Source: the human T2T-CHM13v2.0 reference genome, Homo sapiens
NCBI RefSeq assembly: GCF_009914755.1
Contig: NC_060928.1
Reading direction: 5' to 3' (one strand)
DNA: 64,000 nt
The notes below the pieces were generated by a model. That model worked only from the letters and a program-made list of their open reading frames with translations, was not told the origin of the DNA and made no database searches. A program made the position numbers and the translations under genes. Positions 14,817-31,146 of the stretch are shown one piece after another; within the stretch, counting starts at the first letter, position 1, and every line of letters starts with the position of its first letter.

Positions 14817-16766
14817 CTTAAAATTAATTCCACATTACAAAAGTAATACATATGTGTTTATTGCTCACAAATTAAATACCTGTAAACTAAAATAAGCAAA
14901 TAAATTCTCTTTAATTCTACCACTCTGAACAAAAACAACATTGGTATTTCTTTGGTTTATCTTTCCAGTATTTTTCTTAACAGCAATGTAATTTTTAAAA
15001 TGAGGTCATATCAGAAGTACCACTTTATAACCTACTTTTCCACTTACTATCTCATAATTTTCTGTGATGGTCATATTCATACTGATCTGTATCAACCTTT
15101 TTAATGACTACATATTTCATTTTATAGGATATAATCCTAGTTTCTAATTTTTTTCCTGTTAATGCAGTGTACATTATTTCTTTAGGATATATTTGTAGAA
15201 ATACAACTGCTAGATCAAAAGACATTCAAAATTCTAAGGCTGGTGGTATGTTATAAAAATGCCAGCCTTAAAGTTTGTACTGATAGATAGTATACTAACA
15301 TTGGGTGTAACTTTTTTGGGAGAAATAGATTGGATTTGTATCATAACTTTAATTTCCAGTTCTTCATTTTTTTGAAAGGCTAATAAACTTATCTCTATAT
15401 CTTTTGGTTAATCAAAGATAATTTTTATATTTATTACCAACAGTTTAAATGCAAAGTCAAATATGGAGATTTTTTACATAGCCTCTTTTTGTAAAGAATT
15501 GGAGTGGTGAGTATTTGTTGTGATTTTACAGTTAAACTATGTCAGCTTCTCAGTGTGTATTTTGTGACTTAGTATAGAGAGCTTTTTATTCTTTTTTAGG
15601 TCAGTCTATGGGTATTGACTGCCTTCCAAGGAGGCCAAAGTTAAAATATTTGAGCTCTAAGTAGGCAGAATAGTACCAGTGAATAAGTATAGCATGTGGT
15701 GAAAATTGGGAGGGGTAGATTTTTATTCTGAGTGAGAATAAATCTTCTGTTTATGTTAGTGGATCTAGCACAGATTAATTTATTTTCTAAATGGACCTGT
15801 CTTGATTCTGTTACTTCTCTGATATTGTACCCTTGGAAAATGTTTTAGTTTCTCCATTATTCTCCATTTCTCCCATAAAGAATGATGATGCTTTGAAATG
15901 TCTGTGAGCTTCCCTAGTGATTTAGAAATGAAACAGTTTATGTTTCCCCCTCCTTTGATATGAATTATAGCACTGGAATTTGTGACTTTTTTGGTAGTCA
16001 TTTAAGATATTTTAAAGCCTGACTTTATTGATTTTGATTTTGATTATTACAGACATTTTATAGTCAACAAGTGTTTTCTAGCATTTCTTTAATGTTATAC
16101 GCTTGCATTAAGATACATGAAACTGCCTTCCTGGAGCTTACACTCTAGTTCTTGTATGTACCCAAGCAGGCCGTGGTTGTATGGAAGCCGGTGCTGTAGT
16201 TTTACAGAAAAGGAAAGATCTGTGAAGGATAAAGCATTCATGATAGCATGTGAGCTGAACTTTGAAGGGACTATTAGTATTTTCACCTGAGAATTATGAT
16301 TTCAGTCCTCTTAGAGGAGTCTTAAATTATTACCTGGAGGATTTATGCATTTAACTATAACAAAATTATATATACTACTGTAGCACCATGCAGGGGACCT
16401 CTCTGTTTTTAGGATTTCCTCTGTCAGAACCCATAGGTGGTTTTCTAATTTTTATTCTTTATTAAAAATCCCTTTAAAGCATTAGATTATGCCACGGTTG
16501 GCAATTCTGAGTTCCTGAAAATAACTGAGTCATTGCAGCTGATCTTATTCTGACTAGTGGAATGCTAGTGACTCAAAACTACAAAGTCTACTCCCCTCCC
16601 ATTCCCTGTGACAGGGCTCCATATGTTATTATTGACTTCGTCAGTATATCTAGCTTATTGCATCTGAAAGCATACATAGTAAATTTAGATTTATGGCTTT
16701 AAGAAGAACATATATTCAGAAACATTTTTCATAGTATTTGTTTTAGAGTTTTGTGTGTATACATTA

Positions 16767-17114
<348 letters not shown>

Positions 17115-20100
17115 CTACTGTAAATTCTTATCATAACTAATCTTTCTCTCTGATTCTTTGGTTGAAAAGATTTGGCTTAATGATTGTTTAAAGTTGGTCA
17201 GTAATACTTGGTATTAAGCAAGTGAGTGTTTGATATGTTCAGATAACTTAAATGAAGCATTAGATGCTCATGGATACTCTCTACTTCCAGGAATCTAGCC
17301 CTTTACTATATGGAAAGATTAAACCCATATTTAGTTTTTGAAACATTCATGGGAGAGCTGTGCCTTTATTTTTTCATTTAGCCAAATTGAACAGTTTTTG
17401 GACTTTCTCTGATGTTTAAAAGGACACAAAGCAGGGAGAAAAAAGTCTTATTTAAAAAATCTGGCCCTGAGTTTCCAGTTCTGGGAAGGATGGATAAGTA
17501 CATGCCTTCCTGTCTTCGACTGTATGCAACTATAAAACCTGGACAGAATGCCTGGAGCGACTATTTGATAACTCTGAAAAACAAATAGTGGCAGGCACAT
17601 TGGGAAAGAAGACCAGAACTTGAAGTACCACTAAGCTGGCAATGAGATTACCATTTTTTCCCCTCTTATCATCCTGCCATTTGGCCCCAGAGGCAGAAGT
17701 CCATAGGCTAGAGGACTAAAAAGGAACCCCAAGAAACCTGGAAGTATTTGGGAGATCACAGAGAGCCCATGAATGCAACTCCATATAGTTATCCATGAAC
17801 TCTTTGGCTCACCTCTGTGTTCTGCATGCGTGGATTTATTCTACTTAGCATATAAATGATCTTGAGAGCTGAACTAATAGATAACCACTCAGACTGGCCA
17901 CTCTGTGGTGTACGCAGGGCACACATCTGAAAAGCAGTGCAAAGGCTTTGAAAACTAAAAATTGTTAACATTCCCCAGAAGACCCAGAATCTTGTAACGT
18001 AATATCCAAAATGTTCATGGTACAGTCCAAAATTATTCAGCATAGGAAAAACCAGGAAAATTTCAACTTGCATGGGAAGAGACAATGGATGCCAATGTGG
18101 GATAATGTAGATGTTGGAATTATCTGACAAACTTTAAAGCATGTAGTTTACAAATATTTCAACAAGCTGGCCCAAATACTTGTGAAACAAATGGAGAAAC
18201 AAAGTTCTCAGGCAAGAAATAGATGATGTGAAGAGGAACCAAATACCATAACTAAAATGAGAAGCTCACTGCATGGCCTCAGTAGCAGAACAGAGGTGAC
18301 AGAGGAAAGAATCAATGAAGTTGAAGATAGATCAGTAGAAATTATGCAGTCTGAATGACAGAGATAATAAAGATGGGAAAACAAATGAACAGAGTTTCAG
18401 GGACCTGTGGAATGAGAACAAAAAGTCTAATATGTCTTTAGAGTCCCAGCCGGAGAGGACAAAGGATGTAGTGCAAAACTGGAAAGTTTCCAAGTTGGCA
18501 GAAGACATAAACCTACAAATTCTAGAAGCCCAGTGAACCCAAGCAAGATAAACCCAAAGAAGCCTGCATTCAGACACATCATAATCAAACTTCTAAAAAT
18601 TAAGGCAAAGAAAATACTTGAAAGCCCAGAGAAAAACAACACATTACATATAAGGAAACAATGATTCAGAAGACTGTGGATTTCACACCAGAAACCCTGG
18701 AGGCCTTAAGGAAGTGGCATAGCAGAGCATAGAAAGAAGAGAATTGTAAACTTAGAATTCTGTATCCAGCAAAAATAGCCTTTATAAATGAAGGTGAAAC
18801 AAAGGCAGTTTTAGGTGAAGGAAAAGTCAGAGAATTCAACTAGCAGGGCTGTACTAAATAATAGCAAAATGAAGTTTTTCAGACAGAAGGGAAACGATAT
18901 CAGAAGGAATAGTGGCACATCAAGAATGAAGAAGAGGAACAGAAATAGCAGATTTATCTGGGAATATAATACACTCTTGAGTTCTCCAGTATATATTTTA
19001 TGGTTCAAAGCATATTTAAGATTACTGTAACTTAAAGGGGGGATGGTAAAGTAACCTATATGGTGGTAGGGTTTCTTCCGTGTAATATATTTTGCATTGT
19101 AAAAATGTTGATTCTAAGTAAGCTCTGAAAAGATAATTATTGTAATTCCTGGAACAATCACTTAAAAAGCTATACCAAGTAATATAGTAGAAAACACAAT
19201 AGATACATTAAAATGGAATACTAAAATTATTTAACACAAAAGAAGGCAAGAAAGAGGAAATGAGAAACAGGAAATAAAACAATAACAAAATAGGTAAAAA
19301 TCCAAATATAGCAATGATTATATTAAATAGAAATAGTCTAAACAAAACAACCCAAATAGATTATCCTATTAGACTCTAAAAAAACCCCAGCAAATTACTG
19401 TGCATAAGAAATTGACTTCAAAAATAATGATATTGGAAGATTATTAAAAGTAAAAGAATACAAAACATATATTATGCAAACACTAATCATAATTAACATT
19501 TAGTGAGTAAAGCTTAAAGTAGGCAAAGAAAGTGACCAGGAATACAGAGGAATGTTACATAGTGATTAAATGGTCAATTCGAGGGGGGCGGGGCCGAGAT
19601 GGCCGATTGGAAGCTCCCATGGAAAAGATCCAAAACAGTGTATTAATCTTGCACCGGCAACCAAGATATCCAGGTTTGGTCATTAGGACTGACTAGGCAG
19701 CCGGCATGACCCACGGAGAGGAAGGAAGAGCAGTGTGGTGCGGCGGCCCACCTGAGAGCCACACAGGGCAGGGGAGCCCCCACCCTTAGCTGAGGGAGGT
19801 GGTTAGTGAGTGTGCTACCCAGCCTTGGGAACCGTGCTTTTTCCACGGAACTGTGCAACCCACAGATCAGAAGATCCCACTCGTGAGCCCATGCTACTGG
19901 GGCCTTGGGTCCCAACCATGGAGCCGTGCAGATTCTCACTGGGCTAGAATTGGCCTAAGCCAGCCAAATCCCCAGGGGAAGGGGCAGCCACCACCACTGC
20001 TGTGGCTGCCTGCTGTCTAAGCCACCTACGCTCCTTGTGGGAGGGGTGGCAGCCAACACTGCAGCTTCAGGGCTTCCTTGCAGGAACTCCGTCTCCAACT

Positions 20101-22493
20101 AGGGGCTAAGGGACAGAACTCTGATCTCCCTAGGCCTGAACCCCTAGGGGGAGGGATGGCCGTAGTCTCTGTGGACCAGCAGACTTAGTCTTTCCTCCTG
20201 CGAGCACTGACGAATCTGGGCAGCCCAGATGAGTGAGTTTCCCCCCAGCACAGCACACCCCCTCCACCAAGAGATAGCCAAAGTGCTTTGTTAAATGGGC
20301 CCTGCTTCCTGTGCCACCCAACTGGGTGAGACCCCACCCCCGCCCCCGCCAACAGGGGTTGTCAGACATCCTATACAGGAGCATCCCTACTGGCATCAGG
20401 TCAGTGCCCCTCGAGGTCAGAGGTCCCAGAGGAAGGAGCAGGCACCCATCTCCACTCTTCTCCAGTCTCCTCAAGTGACATTTCCAGATGCAGGAGTGAA
20501 CCAGATGAATAGGGCTTAAAGTGAACCCCCAGCAAACCGCAGCAGCTCTGCAGAAGAGGGACCTGACTATTGAAAGAAAAACAGAAAGTAACAACAACAG
20601 TTTCAACAAAAAAGTCTCCACAAAAATCCTTATCCAAGGGTTAGCAGGCTCAAAGATCGAAACTAGACAAACTCATGAGGATGAGAAAGAATCAATGAAA
20701 AAAACGCTGAAAACCCAAAAGGCAGAGTGCCTCTTCTCTAAATGATCGCAACACCTCTCCAGCAAGGGCGCAGAACTGTACAGAGAATGAGATGGATGAA
20801 TTGACAAAAACAGGCTTCAGAAGGTGGGTAACAACAAACTTCGCTGAGGTAAAGGAGCATGTTCTAACCCAAAACAAAGAAGCTAAGAACGTTGATAAAA
20901 GATTAGAGAGCTGCTAACTAGAATAACCAGTTTAAAGAGGAACGTAAACGACCTGATGAAGCTGAAAAATGCAACGTGAGAACTTCGTGAAGCATACACA
21001 AGTATCAATAGTTGAATCAGTCAAGCAGAAGAAAGAATATCAGAGATGGAAGACTCTCTTGCTGAAATAAGGCAGGCAGACAAGATTAAAGAAAAAATAA
21101 TGAAAAGGAATGAACAAAACCTCTGAGAAATATGGGACTATGTAAAAAGACCGAACCTAAGACTGATTGGAATACCTGAAAGAGACAGGGAGAATGGAAC
21201 CAAGTTGGAAAACACACTTCAGGATATTATCCAGGAGAACTTTCCTAACCTAGCAAGACAGGACAACATTCAAATTAGGAAATACAGAGAATTCCACTAA
21301 GATACTCTATGAGAAGATCAACTCTAAGGCACATAATCGGATTCACCAAGGTCAAAATGAAGGAAAAAATATTAAGGGCAGCCAGCGAGAAAGGCCATGT
21401 CACCTACAAAGGGAAGCCCACCAGACTAACAGCAGACCTCTCAGCAGAAACCCTACAAGCCAGAAGAGAGTGGGGGTCAATATTCAACATTTTTAAAGAA
21501 AACAATTTTCAACCCAGAATTTCATGTCTGGCCAAATTAAGCTTCATAAGCTAAGGAGAAATAAAATCCTTTTCAGATAAGCAAATGCTGAGGGAATTTG
21601 CCACCACCAGGACTGCCTTACAAGAGCTCCTGAAGGAAGCACTAAATATGGAAAGGAAAAACCAGTACCAGCCACTGCAAAGCACACAAAAATATAAAGA
21701 CTAATGACATTATGAAGAAACGGCATCAATTACCATGCAAAATAACCAGCTAGCGTCATGATGACAGGATCAAATTCACACATAACAGTATTAACCTTAA
21801 ATGTATATAGGCTAAATGCCCCAATTAAAAGATATAGACTGGCAAATTGGATAGAGTCAAGACCCATTGGTTTGCTGTATTCAAGAGACCCATCTCATGT
21901 GCAGAGACACACATAGGCTCAAAATAAAGGGATGGAGGAAAATGTATCCAGCAAATGGAAAGTGGAAAAAAGCAGGGGTTGCAATCCTAGTCTCTGACAG
22001 AACAGACTTTAAACCAACCAAGATCAAAAAAAAGACAAAGGGCATTACGTAATGGTAAAGGGATCAATTCAACAAGAAGAGCTAACTATCCTAAATATAT
22101 ATGCACCCAGTATGGGAGCACCCAGATTCATAAAACAAGTTCTTAGAGACCTACAAAGAGAGTTAGACTCCCACACAATAATAGTGGGAGAATTTAACAC
22201 CCTACTGTCAATGTTAGATCAACGAGACAGACAATTAACAAGGATATTCAGGACTTGAACTGAGCTCTGGATCAAGTGGACCTAATAGATATCTACAGAG
22301 CTCTCCACCCCAAAACAACAGAGTGTACATTCTTATCAGTGCCACATAGCACTTACTCTAAAATTGACCACATAATTGGAAGTAAAACACACCTCAGCAA
22401 ATGCAAAATAACTGAAACTGTAACAGTCTCTCAGACCATAGTGCAATCAAATTAGAAATCAGAATTAAGAAACTCACTCAAAACCACACAACT

Positions 22494-23170
<677 letters not shown>

Positions 23171-26100
23171 TTATTTGAAACCAATGAGAACAAAGAAGGA
23201 ATGTACCAGAATCTCTGGGACACAGCTAAAGAAAGCAGTGTTAAGAGGGAAATTTATAGCACTAAATGCCCATATCAGAAAGCTAGAAAGATCTCAAATC
23301 AACACCCTAACATCACAACTAAAAGAACTAGAGAAGCAAGAGCAAACAAATCCAAAAACTAGCAGGAGACAAGAAATAACTAAGATCAGAGCGGAACTGA
23401 AGGAGATAGAGACATGAAAAACCCTTCAAAAAATCATTGAATCCAGGAGCTGGTTTTTTGAAAAAATTAATAAAATAGACCACCAGCTAGACTAATAAAG
23501 AAGAAAAGAAGAATTAAATTGACACAGTAAAAAACAATAAAGGGGATATCACCACTGATCCCACAGAAATACAAACTACCTTCAGAGAATACTATTAACA
23601 CCTCCAGCAAATAAACTAGAAAATCTAGAAGAAATGGACAAATACCTGGACACATACACCCTCCCAAGACTGAAGTACAGGAAGAAGTTGAATCCCTGAA
23701 TAGAGCAGTAACCAGTTATGAAATTGAGTCAGTAATAGATACCCTACTAACTAAACAAAGTCCAAGACCAGAGAGATTCACAGCTGAATTCTACCAGAGG
23801 TACAAAGAGGAGCTGGTATCATTCCTTCAGAAACTATTCTAAACAATTGAAAAGGAGGGACTCCTCTCTAACTAATTTTATGAGGCTAGCATCATCCTGA
23901 TACCAAAACCTGGCAGAGACACAACAAAAAAAAGAAAATTTCAGGCCAATATCCTTGATGAACATCAGTGTGAAAATCCTCAATAAAATACTGGCAAACC
24001 AAATCCAGCAGCACATCAAAAAGCTTATTTACCACGATCAAGTCAGCTTCATCCTGGGATGCAAGGCTGGTTCACCATATGCAAATCAATAAACATAATC
24101 TATCACATAAACAGAACCAATGATAAAACCATATGATTATCTCAATAGATGCAGAAAAAGCCTTTGATAAAATTCAACATCCCTTCATGTTAAAGACTCT
24201 CAATAAACTAGGTATTGATGGAACATATCTCAAAATAATAGGAGTTATTTATGACAAACCCACAGCCAGTATCGTACTGAATAGGCAAAAGCTGGAAGCA
24301 TTCCCTTTGAAAACTGGCACAAGACAAGGATGCCATCTTTCACCACTCCTATTTAACATAGTATTGGAAGTTCTGGTCAGGGCAATCAATCAAGAGAAAG
24401 AAATAAAGGGTACTCAAATAAGAAGAGAGGAAGTCGAATTGTCTCTGTTTGCAGACGACATGATACTATATTTAGAAAACGCCATCATCTCAGCCCAAAA
24501 ATGCCTTGAGCCGATAAGCAACTTAGGCAAAGTCTCAGGGTATAAAATCAATGTGCAAAAATCACAAGCGTTCCTATACAACAGCAATGGAAAAGCAGAG
24601 AGCCAAATAATGAATGAACTCCCATTCACAGTTGTTACAAAGAGAATAAAATACCTAGGAATACAGCTAACAAGGGACATAAAGGACCTCTTCAAGGAGA
24701 ACTACAAACCACTTTTCAAGGAAATAAGAGAGGACACAAACAAATGGAAGAACATTCCATCCTCATGGATAGGAAGAATCAGTATCATGAAAATGGTCAT
24801 ACTGCCCAAAGTAATTTATAGATTCAGTGCTATTCCCATCAAACTATAATTAAAATTCTTCACAGATTTAGAAAAAACTGCTTTAAAATTCATATGGAAC
24901 CAAAAGAGAGCCCACATAGTCAAGGCAATCCTAAGCAGAAAGAACAAAGCTGGAAGCATCATGTTACCTGACTTCAAACTATCCTACAAGGCTACAGTAA
25001 CCAAAACAGCATGGTACTAGTACCAAAACAGACTTATAGACAATGGAACAGAATAGAGGCCTCAGAAATAACACACATCTGCAACCATATGATCTTCAAC
25101 AAACCTGACAAAAACAAACAATGGGGAAAGGATTTTCTATTTAATAAATCATGTTGGGAAAACTGGCTAGCATCTACGGTAAACCAAAACTGGACCCCTT
25201 CCCTACACCTTATACAAAAATTAACTCAAGATGAATTAAAGACTTAAATGTAAAACCCCAAACCATAAAAACTCTAGAAGAAAACCCAGGCAATACCATT
25301 CAGGATATAGGCATGGGCAAGGACTTTATGACAAAAATGCTGAAAGCAATTGCAACAAAAGCCAAAATTGACAAATGGGATCTAATTAAACTAAAGAGCT
25401 TCTTTACAACAAAAGAAACTCATGAGTGAACAGGCAACCTACAAAATGGAAGAAAATATTTGCACTCTACCCATCTGACAAAGGTCTAATATCTAGAATC
25501 TACAAGGAACTTAAACAAATTTACAAGAAAAAAAAAACCCCTTCATAAAGTGGGCAAAGGATATGAACAGACAATTCAGTAAGGAAGACATTTATGCGGC
25601 CAACAAACATGAAAAAAGCTCAACATTGCTGATCATCAGAGAAATGCAGATCAAAACCACAATGAGATACCATCTCACACCAGTCAGAATGGCGATTATT
25701 AAAAAGTTGAGAAACAATAGATGCTGGCGAGGCTATGGAGAAATAGAAACGCTTTTACACTGTTGGTGGGAGTGTAAATTAGTTCAATTATTGTGGAAGA
25801 CATTATGGTGATTCAAGGATCTAGAACCAGAAATACCATTTGACTCAGCAATCCCATTACTGGGTATATACCCAAAGGAATACAAATCATTCTACTAAAA
25901 AGACAGATGCACACATATGTTTATTGCAGCACTATTTACAATAGCAAAGACATGGAACCACCCCAAATGCCCATCAATGATAGACTGGAAAAAGAAAATG
26001 TGATACATATACACCATGGAATCCTATGCAGCCATGAAAAGGAATGAGATCATGTCCTTTGTCAGGACATTGATGAAGCTGGAAGCCATCATTCTCAGCA

Positions 26101-27476
26101 AACTAACACAGAAACAGAAAACCAAACACCACATGTTCTCACTCATAAGTGGGAGTTGAACAATGAGAACACATGGACACAGGCAGGGGAACAACATACA
26201 GTGGGGCCTTTTGGTGGGGAGCGAGGGAAGGGAGAGCATCAGGACAAATAGGTAATACATGTGGGGCTTAAAACAAGTGACGGGTTAATAGGTGCAGCAA
26301 ACCACCATGGCACATGTATACCTATTTAACAAACCTGCACGTTCTGCACATGTGTCCTGGAACTTAAAGGAGAAAAAATAAATAAATAAGATCAGTTCAG
26401 CAGGAAAACATAGGAATCCCAAATGTGTGTATACCTAACAACTGAGCTTCAAAATACTTGAAACAAAAACTTACAGAAATAAAAGGAAAAATAGACAAAT
26501 CTAAAAATTATATTTGGAGACTTTTTACTCTTTTTTGTGATAAATAGAACTAATAGAACATCATCAAGAATATAGAAGTTCACCATCAAACGGACTAGAT
26601 ATGATTGATATTTATCGAACATTCTATCCAACAGCAGAATACACTTTTTTCAACTGCCTATAGAACATTCACCAAGATAGACCATATTTTGAGTCATAAT
26701 ACAAACATGAACAAATTTTAAAGGATTGCAATAATTAAAAGTATGTTCTCTCACTATACTGGAATTCAACTAGAAATTAATAGGAGAAAAATAACAAGAA
26801 AGTCTTCAAACTCTTAGATTAAAATTAAGCAGCAGCCTTATAAATAATCAATGAGTCAAAGAGGAAGTCTCAAGGGAAATCTAAAAATATTTTGAACTGA
26901 ACGAAAATGAAAATATGGTTTATCAAAATTTGTGGGATATAGCTTAAAGCAGTGCTTAGAGAGAACTTTGTGGCATTAAAAGCTTATTTAGAAAGAAAAG
27001 TATTCAATCAATAATTTAAGCCTTCACTTATGAAATGAGAAAAATATTAAGAGCATAATAAATGGAAGATAAGTACAAGGAAAGAAATAGTGATGAAAGT
27101 AGAAATTAGTGTTATTGAAGATAGAAGAACAATAGAGAAAATCAATGGAACCAAAAGCTAGCTCTTTGAAAAGATCAATAAAATGATAAACCTTTAGCAA
27201 GAGAGTCAAAGAGAACAAAAGAAAACATAAGTTCCCAGTATCAGTGAAACAGAGGATATCATTACCCTGCAGGCCCTGCAGACATTAAAAGCTTTGTAAT
27301 GGAATCTGACAACAGTTCTCTCTATATACATTTAACAGCTTGGATCAAATGGACAATTCTTCCAAAACCACAAACTGTCAAAACTCAACCAAGATGCAAT
27401 AGATAATCTAAATAGGTTATCTATAACTATAAAGAATGGAATTCATGGTTTAAAGCCTTAAAAAGAAGTTCCCCTT

Positions 27477-27844
<368 letters not shown>

Positions 27845-28099
27845 TTATCAAGCATTTAGATAAGAAATGACACTGATGAAATAAAATCTGCTTTAAACAA
27901 TAGGAAAAACAGTCTAAAGAAGAAACTCACATGGTTATGTCAGTTGATACAGAAAACAGAATTTGACATTATGCAGCATCCATTTATGACAAGAACTCTC
28001 ATGAGGAACACACTAGAAGTAGAAGAAAACTTTTTCAACCTTATGAAGGACATCTACCAACAAATCTTATAGCTATGTCAAACAGTGTTGGAAGATTGC

Positions 28100-28465
28100 A
28101 TTCTTTCAGTTCATTTGGGGTGCTATAACAAAAATATCACAAACTTGTTGGCTTATAAAGAACAAACATTTATTCTTAACAGTTCTGGAGGCTGGAAACT
28201 TCAAGGCCAAGGTGCCAACAGATTTGGTGTCTGCCGAGCACTGTCATCCTCATAGATGGTACCTTGTTAGCTCTATCTTCATACAGTGAAAGGGGCTAGC
28301 TAGCCAGCCCTCTATGGTCTCTTTTATAAGGGCACTAATCTCAACCATGAGGGCTTTGCCCTCATGACCTTATCACTTCTCAAAAGGCTGCAATACCTAA
28401 CACCATCACTTTGGGGTTGATTTCAGCATATACGTTTTGGGGGATTCAAACATTCAGACCATTGG
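28100..28465 (-). mobile_element. MLT1A-type MaLR solo LTR
   Basis: gctataacaaaa..acagttctggaggctgg..cttttataagggcactaatc..catgagggc..aaacattcagaccat. Confidence 0.85.
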
Positions 28466-31146
28466 ACATGGCAAGGATGTCCACTCTCACTACTGCTATT
28501 CAACATCATGCTAGAAGTCCTAGCCAGTGTAATAAGGAAAGAATGGGGGCGGGGGGTGTGTGGGTGGCAGGGGGAAGCAAACAAATTGGAAAGGAAGAAA
28601 AAAAACCATCTCTATTCTCAGAAAAAATTCTTTCTATTAAAAATTGCAGTGTCTACATTGAAAATTAAAAAACTATTAGTTAAATTTGTATGATTTAAGG
28701 TCAATACACAAAAATGTACTATATCTATATATTAACGATATGCAATTGGAAACTGGAATAAAAAATACAATTTATAATATTTCCAAACAAATAAAATACT
28801 TAGGTATAACTTTAACAAAACATATATAAGATTTATATGCTGAAAACTACAAAAGTCTGGTAGAAGAAATCCAAGACCTCGTAACTGTAGAGACATATTG
28901 TGTTCATGGATTAAGGCCCTTAACGTATTATAGCAAATATTTCAGTTCTTCTCAAGTTGACTTATAGATTTAACACAATTTCAGCTAAAATTCCAGTAGG
29001 ATTCTTTTTTTGTAGATATAGACAAGCCAATTATAATGTTTATATGGGAAGGTAAAGGATCTAGAATACCTGAAGCAATTTTGAAAAATATGAATAAAGT
29101 TGAAGGAATCACCTGATTTTAAGGCTTACTATAGAGGTATAGTAATCCAGGGTATGTGGTACTGACAGAGGTGTAGACGCAGTCCAATAGAACAGAATAA
29201 AGCCCAGAAATATATCCACACAAATGTGGTTAATTGACTTTTGATGGAAATGTAAAAGAGATTCCATATAGAAAGGATTTTGTTAGTTGTTTTTAGCAAA
29301 GGGTAGTGGAACACTTGGACATTCATACCTTAAAAAAAAGAACCTTGATCTGAATCTCACAGCTTTTTAAAACAATTAACTCAAAATGAATCACAGATCT
29401 CAATGTAAAATGTGAGTCAATAAAGCTTTCAGAAGAAAGCAGAGGAGAAATTCTTCATAACCTGAGGTTAGGCAGAGAGTTCTTAGACATGACACCAAAA
29501 ACATAATCCATAAAGGAAAAAGTTGTTAAAGTAGACTTATCTATGAGTGTGTTAAGAGAATGAAAAAACAACTCAATAGTGAAATAAAAATTTAATTTTA
29601 AAAATTGGCAAGAACTTCGAACAGACATTTATCCAAAGAGGATGGATGGCAAATAAGCACATGAAAAGATGTTTGACATCTTTAGCCACTAGAGAAATGC
29701 AAATTAAAACCGTAATGAAATACCATTATACTTGTTAGAATGGGTAAAATTAAATACTGATAATAGCAAGTGTTGGCAAGGATGCAGAGCAACTGGAACT
29801 CTCATAATTGCTGGTGTTAATGCAAAATGGGATGGCCATTCTGGAAAATGATTTGGCAGGTTTTTTCTTTCTTTTTTTTAAATAAACATATATTTACCAC
29901 ATAACCTAGCAATCTCACACCTGGGTATTTACTCCAGTGTTAGGAAAACTTATTGTCATACAGTAAGCTGTATGTGAATGTTCATTGCACCTCTATTTAT
30001 AATCACTAAAAACTGGGAACAGTGCTCTGTAGTTCATCCATTATACAGTGGAATACTCCTTACCAATAAAAGGAACAAACTGTTGATACATGCAACCACT
30101 TAATTGAATCTCAGAGGCATTATGAGTAAAACAATCCAGTTTCAAAGAGTTAGACACTATATGATTCCATTTACATGACAGCATAAAAAACTCAAAACTA
30201 TAGTGAGAGAAAACAGATTGTTGGTTGTCAGGGGTTAAGGATGAGGAGAGGATGCAACTATAAGGAATAGCATGAAGAACATTTTTGGGGTGATGGGACT
30301 GTTCTGTATCTTGATTGTGTTTGAATTCATAGACTTATTTGTGTAGTTACATGTGTTTGAATTCATAGACTTATATACCAAAAAAAGGTCAAGTTTATTC
30401 TATGATAATTAAAAATTTTTTGAAGCTGACTCTGGTTTCAGTGCCTTGGCTCAGAAACAAGATAGAAAATCTCTTATGGAAATAGTCCAGATACCCCAAA
30501 ATGTTTAGACCAAAGTAATTAATTAAGAAATAAATTGGAATATGGCTTTGGAAAAGGACCTTTCAGATACAGGAACAAACAAAATGAGGGAAAGAGACTT
30601 AGTCATGTTGTGGGAGGCAGGGAGACTCTAGGATGAAAATTAGATACCAGGCCATCTTCTGTGTTGGGAACTGCAGAGGAACTTGGATGTACAATATTTT
30701 GTTTTGAGCGGTTTGCCGAGATACAGTGTATCTCCATCACCCAGACTTTCAATAAAAGTCTGCTGCACCCCACAGACTGGGTTGATAGTATTTTGGAGAA
30801 AAAGCAGTCAGGAGAGCAGAGTATAGCAGCAGGAGGAAAGATGTGCAGGAGGGTAAGAGTTCGGTGGGAACAGGAAATCAAGAGTTAGGGTGAATGTGAG
30901 GACTTAGAATGTGCAGAATGGTAGGGTGAAGAACTGGGTTTCCTACAATATGTCTCTGTCTTGTTTTCTACTATTAAAGAAAAGTATAATTGTAGAGTTG
31001 ACAATTTGCGGAAAAGCAGAAAGGAGACATCTAAGTGGTGAAAGTTTAACCCTCTTTGTACTATCAACTGCTTACATTTATTTTGTGATAGTTTTATTAA
31101 AAACTTAGTGCCAACTGTTAATCACTAATTTTGTATATACTGTATA

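Noticed and set aside
20130-20621. 163-aa minus-strand ORF with a hydrophobic, signal-peptide-like N-terminus
   Set aside because: Antisense reading of the L1PA 5'UTR; expected in any copy of this family and no locus-specific support
24133-24849. 238-aa ORF with reverse-transcriptase motifs (longest ORF in the track)
   Set aside because: Fragment of the disabled L1PA ORF2, which is interrupted by stops, frameshifts and two Alus; not an independent gene or active element
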